Below the pieces are notes generated by a model that was given only the letters and a program-made list of their open reading frames with translations, ran no database searches and was not told the origin of the DNA. A stretch of 38,757 nucleotides of DNA from Cryomorphaceae bacterium. Lineage in GTDB: Bacteria; Bacteroidota; Bacteroidia; Flavobacteriales_D; Crocinitomicaceae. The DNA lies in assembly GCA_027485365.1 (NCBI GenBank), contig JAIXRD010000258.1, positions 1 to 38,757 of the forward strand, in the 5' to 3' direction. The position numbers and the translations under genes are program-made. This document shows positions 27,340 through 36,365 of the stretch, in pieces. The first letter of the stretch is position 1. Every line of letters begins with the position of its first letter.

Positions 27340-27341
27340 GA

Positions 27342-28067
27342 TTATGGACGAGTTAGTTTCGTGAATTTAACGATTACCTGTTGCATGCGTAAGGTATTTG
27401 AATCAATCACTGAGTTCAAAAGGTGATATCCCGCATAGGCGATTAATCCAACAATAAGACCCGCAGCAGAGGAGAACATTTTCTCATAAAGTCCTTCAGA
27501 GATGATTCCAATAGAAACATTTTCAGTTTTAGAAATATCGTAAAATACTGTAATTACACCGGATATCGTTCCAATAAATCCAATGGTAGGTGCAATACCT
27601 GCAATCAATCCCAAATGGCCTAAGTTTTTATCCATTTTACCGATTTCAATATTGGCGATTTTCTCCATGTTGGCTTCTACCTCATTAGGTTTTAAGCTAC
27701 TTTCTATACTCTCTAATCCTTCCTTAACAATTGCAGCATACGCACCGTCTTGGTTTTTAACCATACCCATGGCATCAGCAATGTTACCTTTCTCAAGGTG
27801 CGGTTGCATATTATCCACCAATTTGGCATCAAATTTCACCATTCTTCGGATATATAAAATACGTTCGTAGATTACGTACAAGGTATAAAACAAGAGAATC
27901 CCAAGAGGAATAATAAATTCCCACGGAATTGGCGGCATTCCACCTCCTTTACTGCTTGTTGCAGCGGCATCTTCTCCGCCACCAATGCTGTTATCTTGGG
28001 CCAGCATTGCAAGGTTGAAAACAAAAATTCCAAATAGGGTTAAAAACAATTTCGCGTTATTTCTCAT
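27342..28067 (-). CDS. exbB: MotA/TolQ/ExbB proton-channel family protein
   Basis: An N-terminal signal-like helix and Gly-rich spacer are followed by the conserved region GLIAGIAPTIGFIGTISG...AAGLIVGLIAY. The ORF-track first codon at 28076 is TTG, so the ATG at 28067 is preferred. Confidence 0.88.
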   Translation of the reverse strand: MRNNAKLFLTLFGIFVFNLAMLAQDNSIGGGEDAAATSSKGGGMPPIPWEFIIPLGILLFYTLYVIYERILYIRRMVKFDAKLVDNMQPHLEKGNIADAMGMVKNQDGAYAAIVKEGLESIESSLKPNEVEANMEKIANIEIGKMDKNLGHLGLIAGIAPTIGFIGTISGVITVFYDISKTENVSIGIISEGLYEKMFSSAAGLIVGLIAYAGYHLLNSVIDSNTLRMQQVIVKFTKLTRP

Positions 28068-28165
28068 GATCGTCAATATTTTGTCACGCTAAATTAACAA
28101 GCATTCCATGACCCAATTAGACCCGAGAGTTTAGATTTCCACATTGAAATGTTATTCAAGGCGTA

Positions 28166-28194
28166 TAAAAAAAGCCATCGGTCCCGATGGCTTT
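28166..28194 (-). terminator. intrinsic terminator after the NIDO/T9SS gene
   Basis: The minus strand reads AAAGCCATCGG-GAC-CGATGGCTTT followed by a T run. Confidence 0.75.
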
Positions 28195-28214
28195 GATTTT
28201 AATTTGTGCTTTTA

Positions 28215-29651
28215 CTATGGCAAAACTTCTACGCGTAAGGTTTGTGTTGCATCATTTCGGTCTACTGCGCGAAGTAAATATGAACCCGGCGCTATGTGAT
28301 TAATTTCGGTATTAAATCCAGTCAAAGAGCGCTCTAATATAACACTTCCATTCATAGATATCAGGGAAATATGGGTTAATTCGTCGTTGGCCGATAGAGA
28401 AAAGGCTCCGTTGGAAGGGTTAGGATACACCCGTAGTCCGGCAATAACTTGGGTTTGAATACTTGCCAATTGGCATTGATGCACCCTAACAGGGATTGTC
28501 TTTTCTATACTTTCTGACGGAACCCCGTTGTCTGAAGCGTTTATAAAAATATGATAAATGCCTTCTTGTAGTCCTTGGGCATCGAAAGAACATGCTAAAT
28601 TGATGTAATCGTTGTTACTAACGTTTTCTACATAATTGAATCCAGTTGGGGCATCGCTTGAAATTTCGTAGGAAATTAGTTGGCCAAATTCCGGGGTCAT
28701 TAGTGATAACGCAAATTGAGCGAGGTTCATGCTTTTGTGAAGGGTGTCGCCGGTATAGACATCAATAGTATCGCAAATGTTGCTATTAATAACCAAAGGT
28801 GGGATGTTGGAGGCATTCATGCCCGCAACATCAAAATAAACTTCTTGATCGTCTAAAAAATCAATTTGATCTGGAAATGCGTAAGGCCCATCAAACCCTA
28901 TTCCAGGTGCATCAAACTGTCCTACTTGGAAAAAGTCAACTCCGTTGCCGATGTTCACGCCAACGGTGGCCGCAAATCCACCGAACCCACTAACTCCCGA
29001 TGAGGCATCACCGGTGGTCCATTGCATGTCTCCGTAACAAAATGAAATGTTATTATTACCATGTATAATTGTATCCTGACCATTGGAAATCACCAGTTGA
29101 AAGGTGTTCGTTAAGTTATCGTTCATATCAAAATATCCAACGTGATCCCAAATAACAATCATGGCGTCGTTGGTAACTTTGTACCATACACTTCCTCCGT
29201 TAGCGGAACGAGTGTCTACATCTCCCCAAAAAGGAGCTATCATGTTATAGCCTGGGTCAGGGAAAGGGTTGGCCGTAAATTCGAAATAAGGCGCTAAAAA
29301 TGAAATATTCCCATTGTTGTTAATGATTACACTATCATATTGAGTTCCGTAGAAATCGAAACTGAATGGAAGTTGAATGTAGTTAGTTGATCCATCGTCA
29401 TTAGGGCTCATGGCCAAGGTATAGCTGTTGTCCAAGGTCAACATGCATCCACACATTCCATTTTTGTTGGTTTCAGAATTGGGCTTTGTGTTGCTTGGTG
29501 CCACTAAATCGGAAAATTGATAGACGGTTCCAGTATTTAATTGACCGCTTTTTTTCAATTCATCGTATTCAGAAGTTGAAATACTTAATGAGTTTTTTTG
29601 AGCGAAAGAGGCTCCTGCCACCATCACGCAGAGGTAGATTAGTTTTTTCAT
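28215..29651 (-). CDS. secreted nidogen-like (NIDO) domain protein with T9SS C-terminal sorting domain
   Basis: NIDO-type motifs are present: FDFYGTQYDSVIINNNGNISF, IAPFWGDVDTR, TNTFQLVI and VGVNIGNG. An Ig-like middle region follows. The C-terminus has a Por/T9SS type A sorting domain (LRVYPNPSNGAFSL...GSYLLRAV...LRVEVLP). The start at 29651 gives MKKLIYLCVMVAGASFAQ, a clean signal peptide. The ORF-track ATG at 29693 adds 14 residues. Confidence 0.85.
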   Translation of the reverse strand: MKKLIYLCVMVAGASFAQKNSLSISTSEYDELKKSGQLNTGTVYQFSDLVAPSNTKPNSETNKNGMCGCMLTLDNSYTLAMSPNDDGSTNYIQLPFSFDFYGTQYDSVIINNNGNISFLAPYFEFTANPFPDPGYNMIAPFWGDVDTRSANGGSVWYKVTNDAMIVIWDHVGYFDMNDNLTNTFQLVISNGQDTIIHGNNNISFCYGDMQWTTGDASSGVSGFGGFAATVGVNIGNGVDFFQVGQFDAPGIGFDGPYAFPDQIDFLDDQEVYFDVAGMNASNIPPLVINSNICDTIDVYTGDTLHKSMNLAQFALSLMTPEFGQLISYEISSDAPTGFNYVENVSNNDYINLACSFDAQGLQEGIYHIFINASDNGVPSESIEKTIPVRVHQCQLASIQTQVIAGLRVYPNPSNGAFSLSANDELTHISLISMNGSVILERSLTGFNTEINHIAPGSYLLRAVDRNDATQTLRVEVLP

Positions 29652-29716
29652 GGCCGTAAAATTTAGGGTTTGTTTTCTGTATAACGAACCCATTACTTAT
29701 CGGTTGCCATTAGGTC

Positions 29717-29744
29717 AAAAAAAAAGCCCCGATTTCGGGGCTTT
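29717..29744 (-). terminator. intrinsic terminator after the peroxiredoxin gene
   Basis: The minus strand reads AAAGCCCCG-AAAT-CGGGGCTTT followed by T-rich sequence (T9 overall). Confidence 0.85.
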
Positions 29745-29762
29745 ATAATTGTATGCTAACGC

Positions 29763-30395
29763 TTAGTGTTTAGACAAGTAATCAGCTACTCCGTCGAAAC
29801 TAGGTTTCATGGCCTCTTCTCCTTTAACCCAATTCGCTGGACAAACTTCACCATGCTCTTCAAAATATTGTAAGGCGTCTACCATTCGTAGTGCTTCATC
29901 AACGTTTCTTCCTAATGGGAAAAAGTTAACCAATTGATGCATAACAGTACCCGATTTGTCAATTAAAAACAATCCACGGTATGCAATCATTGGTCCGTTC
30001 GCTGTTAAGGCACCTTCCATATCATACTCATATTCACCAGCCAATACACCAAATGCTTCTGAAATCGTTTTAGAAGTATCAGCAACAATCGGATATGTTA
30101 CGCCTTCGATTCCACCTTTGTTTTTCGGTGTTTGTAACCAAGCCCAATGTGATTCTTCGGTATCCGTTGAACATGCAACAACTTTTACTCCACGCGCCTC
30201 GAATTCTCCTAATGCACTTTGAAATGCATGTAATTCAGACGGACAAACAAATGTGAAATCTTTTGGGTAAAAGAAGAACAACACATGATTTTTACCTAAA
30301 TACTGATCTAATGAGAAACCATTTATGATCTCTCCACCATTTACTACCGCTCCTGCTTTGAATGATGGAGCCTTTTTTCCTACTAAAACTGACAT
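29763..30395 (-). CDS. typical 2-Cys peroxiredoxin (AhpC/Prx1 subfamily)
   Basis: 210 aa. The peroxidatic Cys lies in DFTFVCPSE and the resolving Cys in GEVCPANW. Confidence 0.93.
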   Translation of the reverse strand: MSVLVGKKAPSFKAGAVVNGGEIINGFSLDQYLGKNHVLFFFYPKDFTFVCPSELHAFQSALGEFEARGVKVVACSTDTEESHWAWLQTPKNKGGIEGVTYPIVADTSKTISEAFGVLAGEYEYDMEGALTANGPMIAYRGLFLIDKSGTVMHQLVNFFPLGRNVDEALRMVDALQYFEEHGEVCPANWVKGEEAMKPSFDGVADYLSKH

Positions 30396-30424
30396 GATAT
30401 TTTAATTTATTAAGTTACTGTATA

Positions 30425-30432
30425 CAAAGGTA
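30425..30432 (-). promoter_or_regulatory. candidate -7 promoter box (TACCTTTG) of the peroxiredoxin gene
   Basis: Exact TAnnTTTG match on the minus strand, 29 nt upstream of the ATG at 30395. Confidence 0.4.
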
Positions 30433-30484
30433 AAACAAACCGAATTAGGTTCTGTTCAACCAAATGAAAACTATGTTAATTCTC

Positions 30485-30507
30485 AACAAAGTTAAGGATC
30501 CTTTGTT
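30485..30507. promoter_or_regulatory. inverted repeat, candidate OxyR/LysR operator
   Basis: AACAAAG-ttaaggatc-CTTTGTT has perfect 7-bp arms and also contains the 10-bp palindrome AAGGATCCTT. It lies between the divergent oxyR-like and peroxiredoxin genes. Confidence 0.35.
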
Positions 30508-30550
30508 ATCAATAAAATCAAAATAAATTATATTTACATAAATACTATCT

Positions 30551-31471
30551 ATGATTTCCTTGCAGCAAATGCGATATCTAGTTATTCTCAGTGAAGAGTT
30601 ACAATTTTCACGTGCCAGTGAGCGCTGTTTTGTAACCCAACCCACCTTATCTATGCAGGTTAAAAAAGCGGAGGAGCAATTGGGGTATGCCGTATTTGAT
30701 CGTGCATCAAGTCCGCTTTCGCTTACGCCTTATGGGGTGGAGGTTATTCCTATACTTCGTGAGATTCTATCAGAGAACGAGAACCTTAGGTTACTAAATG
30801 ATCGCATGGCAGGAAGAATTAAGGAAGAAATTAGGGTAGGAATAATCCCTACCGTTTCGGTTTACATGTTAACTCGATTGTTTTCCTTGTTCTCAAGTGC
30901 CTTGCCCAATGTTCGCTTTTTATATGTTGAACACCCGACGGAAACGTTACTTCAAGAATTAGAAAAAGGTACGATTGATTTTGGAATTTTAGCAGGTCCT
31001 TATCAACAGGCAAAATATCGGACTGTTCCATTATATATGGAAGAAATTGAAGTGTATACAGCCTTGGGAAAGAAAGGTGGAATAGAGGTTGCGGCCTTAG
31101 ATGGTCAACAACCCTGGTTATTAAGTAAAGGGAATTGCTTACGAACCCAAGTAATCAATTTTTGTAATATTTCAGAAACGGCGGAAGCTCCTTCCTGGGA
31201 TTATATCGGTGGAAATATGGATTTACTGGTTGAAATGGTCAATATGAATGGCGGGTATACCTTGCTTCCTGCCGAATTCAAATCAACTAAGGAACAACCC
31301 GGATTTCGCAAAAGATTAGCCTCACCCTATGGGTATCCTGCGCGAGAAATCATTGGCGTTTTCGCACATCGAAGTTATAAAACCCCATACATGGAGCGAA
31401 TGGTGAAGGAAATTCAATTAGCCTATCCTCAAGAGCGTAATGCGCCCTTACATATCTTGGATTGGAAATAA
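30551..31471 (+). CDS. oxyR: LysR-family hydrogen peroxide-sensing regulator OxyR
   Basis: 306 aa. An N-terminal LysR HTH (LRYLVILSEELQFSRASERCFVTQPTLS) is present. The redox Cys pair in GNCLRTQVINFC has the same 9-residue spacing as E. coli C199/C208. The gene is divergent from a peroxiredoxin. Confidence 0.88.
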   Translation: MISLQQMRYLVILSEELQFSRASERCFVTQPTLSMQVKKAEEQLGYAVFDRASSPLSLTPYGVEVIPILREILSENENLRLLNDRMAGRIKEEIRVGIIPTVSVYMLTRLFSLFSSALPNVRFLYVEHPTETLLQELEKGTIDFGILAGPYQQAKYRTVPLYMEEIEVYTALGKKGGIEVAALDGQQPWLLSKGNCLRTQVINFCNISETAEAPSWDYIGGNMDLLVEMVNMNGGYTLLPAEFKSTKEQPGFRKRLASPYGYPAREIIGVFAHRSYKTPYMERMVKEIQLAYPQERNAPLHILDWK

Positions 31472-31473
31472 GC

Positions 31474-32826
31474 TTATTTTTTCATTTCAGCTAGAAAGTC
31501 ATCGTACGATAACGGCTTCATCTTCAAGCTCGCATTCGTTTTGAAGTATTGCGTTAGTTTCTCTTCAGCTAATTGATCATAAATGCTATTCGCTTGGTCC
31601 TTTTTTGTAAGTAACTCACGAGCAGATGCCTCCAATTCCGCATCCTCTGGAGCAGGAAGACCGTATTGCGCATAATTGCTAATAATCAATCCTTTAGTGA
31701 ATGCCAACACTTCTTCATAAACCAGTTTTGTGTCCGAATCTTTGAAGATTTTCGTTTGAATCAATTGCCATTTCAACGATTTTAAATAGGCTTCAAATTC
31801 TTTTTCAATATCTTCATCTGCAATTGGCTCTGTTGCACTTAATTTAATCCATCGCTTTAAGAATGCTTCTGGAAACGTAATTTGAACATCCGCAATCAAC
31901 GAGTCATAGACTTTACGAGTCATTAATCGATCCGCATCTCTTTCGAACATTTGTTCTAAATCCTTGGTAACTCGTGCTCTAAGTCCAGCTTCATCGGTAA
32001 TCTCACCGTCTTGGAAAAGTTTACCGAACAATTCAGCATTTAATTCGGCCAATTCCATGCGCTTGATATCCGTGATTTTAAACTCAAAAGCGACCTCGTT
32101 TGAAGGAAGTGTTTCGGGTGTTAACCCCAATAACGACGCTTTATCGGCATCGTCTTTAGAAACAATGCTTGGATCCAATTGAAACACATCATCTTTCTTT
32201 TTACCAATCAATAAGTTCTTAGCCTCTGCACGGTCAATAAACTCAATGGATAGGGTAGTGCTGTGAGATATCCCACCTTCTTTAATCGTCCCGTCCGCTG
32301 ATAATTCAGTGAATGTACCAACTACTAAATCTTTTTCACCGGCTTCGTCAGCGCCCATCATTTTCCCATATCGACGCCGAATATCCTCAATTTGCTGACT
32401 CACTAATTTCTCATCCACACGAACGGTATTGTACTCAATCCCTCTTTTTAATACGGATTGATATTCAAAAGACGGAGACATTCCAATTTCAAAAGTAAAT
32501 TTAAAGGCATCAGGCTTTTCGAAGGACCCTTCCATTGCGTGAGTTTCTGAAGGGATTGGATTGCCAAGAATATCTAAGTTGTTTTCACGAATAAAATTGT
32601 ACACTCCCTCATTGGCAAGTTTGTTCAATTCCTCAGCAAGTACTGCTTTCCCGTAACGTTTTTCAATAATTCCTGCAGGGGTATGTCCCGGACGAAACCC
32701 TGGGATATTTGCTGTTTTACGATGTTTTTCTAAGGTGTTTTTAACCTTTTGACTGTAGTCTGCCGCACTAATTTCTACGGTAAGTAAGCCATTCAACGCA
32801 TCAAGTTCTTGACGAAGTACGTTCAT
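31474..32826 (-). CDS. tig: trigger factor
   Basis: 450 aa. The ribosome-binding signature GFRPGHTP is present, followed by a PPIase-like middle domain and a C-terminal arm domain. Confidence 0.93.
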   Translation of the reverse strand: MNVLRQELDALNGLLTVEISAADYSQKVKNTLEKHRKTANIPGFRPGHTPAGIIEKRYGKAVLAEELNKLANEGVYNFIRENNLDILGNPIPSETHAMEGSFEKPDAFKFTFEIGMSPSFEYQSVLKRGIEYNTVRVDEKLVSQQIEDIRRRYGKMMGADEAGEKDLVVGTFTELSADGTIKEGGISHSTTLSIEFIDRAEAKNLLIGKKKDDVFQLDPSIVSKDDADKASLLGLTPETLPSNEVAFEFKITDIKRMELAELNAELFGKLFQDGEITDEAGLRARVTKDLEQMFERDADRLMTRKVYDSLIADVQITFPEAFLKRWIKLSATEPIADEDIEKEFEAYLKSLKWQLIQTKIFKDSDTKLVYEEVLAFTKGLIISNYAQYGLPAPEDAELEASARELLTKKDQANSIYDQLAEEKLTQYFKTNASLKMKPLSYDDFLAEMKK

Positions 32827-32846
32827 ATTGTGTGTCTTTATAGTTC

Positions 32847-32876
32847 AAAAAAAAAGGTCCCGAATTCACGAGACCT
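32847..32876 (-). terminator. intrinsic terminator downstream of tRNA-Leu
   Basis: The minus strand reads AGGTCTCG-TGAATT-CGGGACCT (8 bp including one G.U) followed by T9. The T run ends 20 nt before the tig ATG. Confidence 0.7.
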
Positions 32877-32881
32877 TGAGG

Positions 32882-32963
32882 TGCGGATGGAGGGACTCGA
32901 ACCCGCACACCTCTCGGCACTAGATCCTAAGTCTAGCGTGTCTACCAATTTCACCACATCCGC
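32882..32963 (-). tRNA. tRNA-Leu (anticodon TAG), class II
   Basis: Hand-folded 82-nt structure: acceptor GCGGATG/CATCCGC; anticodon arm CTAGA-CTTAGGA-TCTAG; long variable arm; T arm GCGGG-TTCGAGT-CCCTC with a C50.U64 mismatch; discriminator A. No CCA is encoded. Confidence 0.88.
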
Positions 32964-33093
32964 TATTCCAATTATACCGCTCCATTGAGCAAATTGGAGC
33001 ACAAAGATACAAAAGAATTGAAAAGTAGCAAATTATGAAGTTAATATACTTCGGTTTTGAACGGTATGTGTTCAATAATAGATAACGTGTATC

Positions 33094-33861
33094 TTACTTA
33101 ATTCGTTCTTTTAAAGAACTCCGAATTTTCTTCATAAACTCCGAAGCAAAAACAAAGGCTTCGATTTCCGGATTGTCGGTAGTAATAATGGAATGACGAT
33201 CCCCTTCCCACCATTTTTTACCTTGATGAATAAAAATGACGTGATCACCAATTTCCATCACACTATTCATGTCATGCGTAATTACAATGGTAGTTATGCC
33301 ATATTCATAGGTGATGTCTTTGATTAAACTATCAATAACAATCGCCGTTTTCGGGTCTAGTCCAGAATTGGGTTCATCGCAAAATAAATATTTTGGGTTC
33401 ATGGCTATGGCTCGTGCAATCCCAACACGTTTTTGCATACCGCCAGAACATTCCGAAGGATACAAGGCATTTCGTCCTTGCAGATTCACCCGCTCTAAAC
33501 AAAAATCTACCCGATCCTGCATTTCTTTTTTAGTCATTTTGGTGAACATCGAAAGCGGGAATTTTACATTTTCTTCAACGGTCATGGAATCAAAAAGCGC
33601 ACTTCCCTGAAACAGCATCCCAATTTCTTGGCGGATTTCTGCACGATCTGATTTTTCCATGGAGGTAAAATCTCGGCCATCAAATAATATTTGACCTGAA
33701 TCCACTTCATGTAGTCCAACCATACATTTTGCTAATACGGATTTCCCCTGTCCGGACTGCCCTATAATCAAATTGACACGTCCTGATTGGAAGTCTGCAC
33801 CAACATCATACAGTACTTGCTGTTTACCAAAGGTTTTATTGATGTTTCGAACACTAATCAT
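33094..33861 (-). CDS. mlaF: ABC transporter ATP-binding protein (MlaF-like)
   Basis: 255 aa. Walker A GQSGQGKS, signature CSGGMQKR and Walker B LFCDEP are present. It is coupled to the upstream MlaE-type permease by a 1-nt overlap. Confidence 0.85.
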   Translation of the reverse strand: MISVRNINKTFGKQQVLYDVGADFQSGRVNLIIGQSGQGKSVLAKCMVGLHEVDSGQILFDGRDFTSMEKSDRAEIRQEIGMLFQGSALFDSMTVEENVKFPLSMFTKMTKKEMQDRVDFCLERVNLQGRNALYPSECSGGMQKRVGIARAIAMNPKYLFCDEPNSGLDPKTAIVIDSLIKDITYEYGITTIVITHDMNSVMEIGDHVIFIHQGKKWWEGDRHSIITTDNPEIEAFVFASEFMKKIRSSLKERIK

Positions 33862-34601
33862 TACAACAGCATCAGTTTAGTGATTATGAAATTAGCAATG
33901 AGAATTACCACGCTACTAACCACTACTGCTTTAGTAGAGGCTTTACCCACATCTAATGAGCCACCTTTTACATAGTAACCGTAAAATGATGAAATAGAAA
34001 CAATGATAAATCCAAAGGCAACTGTTTTAGTTAATGCATAGAAAATATTGTAGGGATCAAACCAAGAACGTAATCCCAAGATGTAGGTTTCTGTTGTTTG
34101 TAAATCAGAAATCACCAGCGCAAGAAAACCACCAAACATGCCTAAAAACATAGAGAAAACGATTAATACAGGGAAGTAAAGAATTGAAGCAAGAATTTTG
34201 GGTAACATCAGGTGATTAATGGAATTAACACCCATGATTTCTAGGGCATCGATTTGCTCCGTAATCCGCATGGTTCCGATTTCAGAGGCAATATTCGACC
34301 CAACCTTACCTGCTAAAATAAGAGAGATTATGGTAGGTGAAAATTCAAGAATAATACTTGATTGCGTGATATATCCCACGGTATAGGCTGGAAGTAAAGG
34401 GCTATCCATGTTTGAAGCCGTTTGCAAAGAAATTACCGCACCCATGAACGTTGACATAAGTGCTACAATTGGTATCGAATTGATTCCGATAAACTGTAGT
34501 TCATCCATGAGCATTCTCCAAAAAATACTCATCTTTTTTGGCTTTCGAATTACCCAAGAAAGCATTAAAAAATATGCACCAATGTTTCGAATATATTTCA
34601 C
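33861..34601 (-). CDS. mlaE: MlaE family ABC transporter permease
   Basis: 246 aa. It has the MlaE/YrbE-type topology and the motifs EIGTMRITEQIDALE...GVN. It appears to use a GTG start at 34601. Confidence 0.85.
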   Translation of the reverse strand: MKYIRNIGAYFLMLSWVIRKPKKMSIFWRMLMDELQFIGINSIPIVALMSTFMGAVISLQTASNMDSPLLPAYTVGYITQSSIILEFSPTIISLILAGKVGSNIASEIGTMRITEQIDALEIMGVNSINHLMLPKILASILYFPVLIVFSMFLGMFGGFLALVISDLQTTETYILGLRSWFDPYNIFYALTKTVAFGFIIVSISSFYGYYVKGGSLDVGKASTKAVVVSSVVILIANFIITKLMLL

Positions 34602-34639
34602 GCCGATAAAGGTAATATTTATTTTGAGCCGTTCGGTGG

Positions 34640-35293
34640 GTGCTTTTCCTGTTTATCTTTGAATCGGTGGAAAAAAGAACAAACTATCAACTTACATTTT
34701 CAAAATTCGTACCCGAATGCTTTTCATATCTTCTGGCAGAATTACTCGTGGAGTCCGGAGTGCATTTTAAAATTGTAAAGGGAAGAAAAACAAAATGGGG
34801 CGACTTTCGTCCAAGAAACTTAAACGGCAAACCTCAAATTACGGTCAATGGGGATTTGAATCCCTATGCGTTTCTAATTACCACCTTACATGAATTTGCG
34901 CACCTGCATACCTTCCAGCAAGTCGGTTTGCGTGTCGCTCCGCATGGCACTGAATGGAAAAGGAATTTTCAAAAATTAATTGCGATTATTATTGATCACC
35001 CAGAACTTCCGCCTACTTTGCGCACGGCCTTGAATAAATCGTTTAGTTCACTGAAGGCCTCTTCATGCACAGATATTGAGTTGAGTCGTGCCTTGGCATC
35101 TTTTGACCAAGAAGATCCTGCGGTGATTCCCTTAGAAAAGCTCCCAAAAAACAGTAAATTTGTACTGAATAATCGTATGTTTCAAAAGGGTTTGAAACGA
35201 AGAACACGATTTGAATGCATAGAATTAAGTTCGAATCGAACCTATTTAGTGCATCTAATGGCAAAAGTTCAACACGTAAAAGATGAAGAATAA
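34640..35293 (+). CDS. SprT-like zinc metalloprotease domain protein
   Basis: HEFAH zinc motif (TLHEFAHLH) with a downstream His. There is no in-frame ATG near the 5' end, so the start is GTG at 34640 or GTG at 34667 and remains uncertain. Confidence 0.7.
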   Translation: MLFLFIFESVEKRTNYQLTFSKFVPECFSYLLAELLVESGVHFKIVKGRKTKWGDFRPRNLNGKPQITVNGDLNPYAFLITTLHEFAHLHTFQQVGLRVAPHGTEWKRNFQKLIAIIIDHPELPPTLRTALNKSFSSLKASSCTDIELSRALASFDQEDPAVIPLEKLPKNSKFVLNNRMFQKGLKRRTRFECIELSSNRTYLVHLMAKVQHVKDEE

Positions 35294-36365
35294 CACATAC
35301 AGTTTAATCATGGCAGGCGGCGTAGGGAGTCGCTTTTGGCCGATGTCTACACAACACAAACCAAAACAGTTTCTTGATGTGTTAGGCATTGGAAAATCTT
35401 TGCTGCGCCTTACCTTTGAGCGTTTATTGGGCGTTTCGGACCCCTCAAAAATTTATATCCTCACCAATGAACGTTATCGTGATTTGGTGCTGAATCAATT
35501 GCCTGAATTAACCCCGGACCAAGTAATTTGTGAGCCAGAACGAAAAAATACAGCTCCGTGTATTGCCTTCGCAGCGGCCAAGATTTTATCTAAAGATGCA
35601 AATGCTACCTTGGTTATTTCACCTTCAGATCATTTAATTATTAATACACCACGATTTGAAGGGTTAATCAATATCGCTATTGAAGAAGCCAATCAAGGAA
35701 AACTAGTCACCTTGGGCATTCAACCTTCACGTCCAGATACCGGATATGGGTATATTGAGGTTGCTGCTGGTCAACTTGCTGCGGGTTCAGTAAAACACGT
35801 ACAACGTTTTTGCGAAAAACCATCAATAGAGGTAGCTCAATCTTTCGTTGAATCAGGTAATTATTTTTGGAATTCAGGTATTTTTATTTGGCGGGCCGAT
35901 GTTATTTTGGATGCCATGAAATTACATTCCAATGCCTTATATCATATTTTTTGTGAATCGCTAGACTCCTACAATACGCCGATGGAAGAAGGGTTCATGA
36001 GTAACGCGTTTGCAGCTGCCGAGGATATTTCTATTGATTTTGCCGTAATGGAGCACGCGACTAACGTTTCTGTAGTGATTTCTGATTTTGATTGGAGTGA
36101 TCTAGGCACCTGGGGTAGTTTAATCGACCACATGCAAACCGATGTCAATGGCAATGCCGTGGTAGGGGATAAGGTTCATCTTTTTGAAACGAATAATTGC
36201 CTAATCCATCTTCCGAAGGACAAAGTGGTACTGTTAGATGGTATTCAAGACACCATCATTGTGGAATCAGAAGGTATGTTAATGGTATTAAGAAAAGATA
36301 AAGAACAGGAATTGAAAAAGTACCTTCAACATATTCAACAAACAAATCCTGAATTGTTTCTCTAA
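35283..36365 (+). CDS. manC: mannose-1-phosphate guanylyltransferase
   Basis: 360 aa. It has the nucleotidyltransferase N-terminus IMAGGVGSRFWPMS...PKQF, EPERKNTAPCI, and a left-handed helix-like C-terminal region. Confidence 0.88.
   Translation: MKNNTYSLIMAGGVGSRFWPMSTQHKPKQFLDVLGIGKSLLRLTFERLLGVSDPSKIYILTNERYRDLVLNQLPELTPDQVICEPERKNTAPCIAFAAAKILSKDANATLVISPSDHLIINTPRFEGLINIAIEEANQGKLVTLGIQPSRPDTGYGYIEVAAGQLAAGSVKHVQRFCEKPSIEVAQSFVESGNYFWNSGIFIWRADVILDAMKLHSNALYHIFCESLDSYNTPMEEGFMSNAFAAAEDISIDFAVMEHATNVSVVISDFDWSDLGTWGSLIDHMQTDVNGNAVVGDKVHLFETNNCLIHLPKDKVVLLDGIQDTIIVESEGMLMVLRKDKEQELKKYLQHIQQTNPELFL

Noticed and set aside
26917-28067. exbB-exbD pair without an adjacent tonB as an unusual system
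   Set aside because: Stand-alone ExbBD/TolQR-type pairs with TonB encoded elsewhere are common. Nothing in the sequence distinguishes this pair.
30445-30645. 66-aa minus-strand ORF spanning the oxyR start and the intergenic region
   Set aside because: It overlaps the OxyR HTH coding region and the divergent promoter. Its Cys/Ile/Arg-rich composition is atypical, and it has no independent support.
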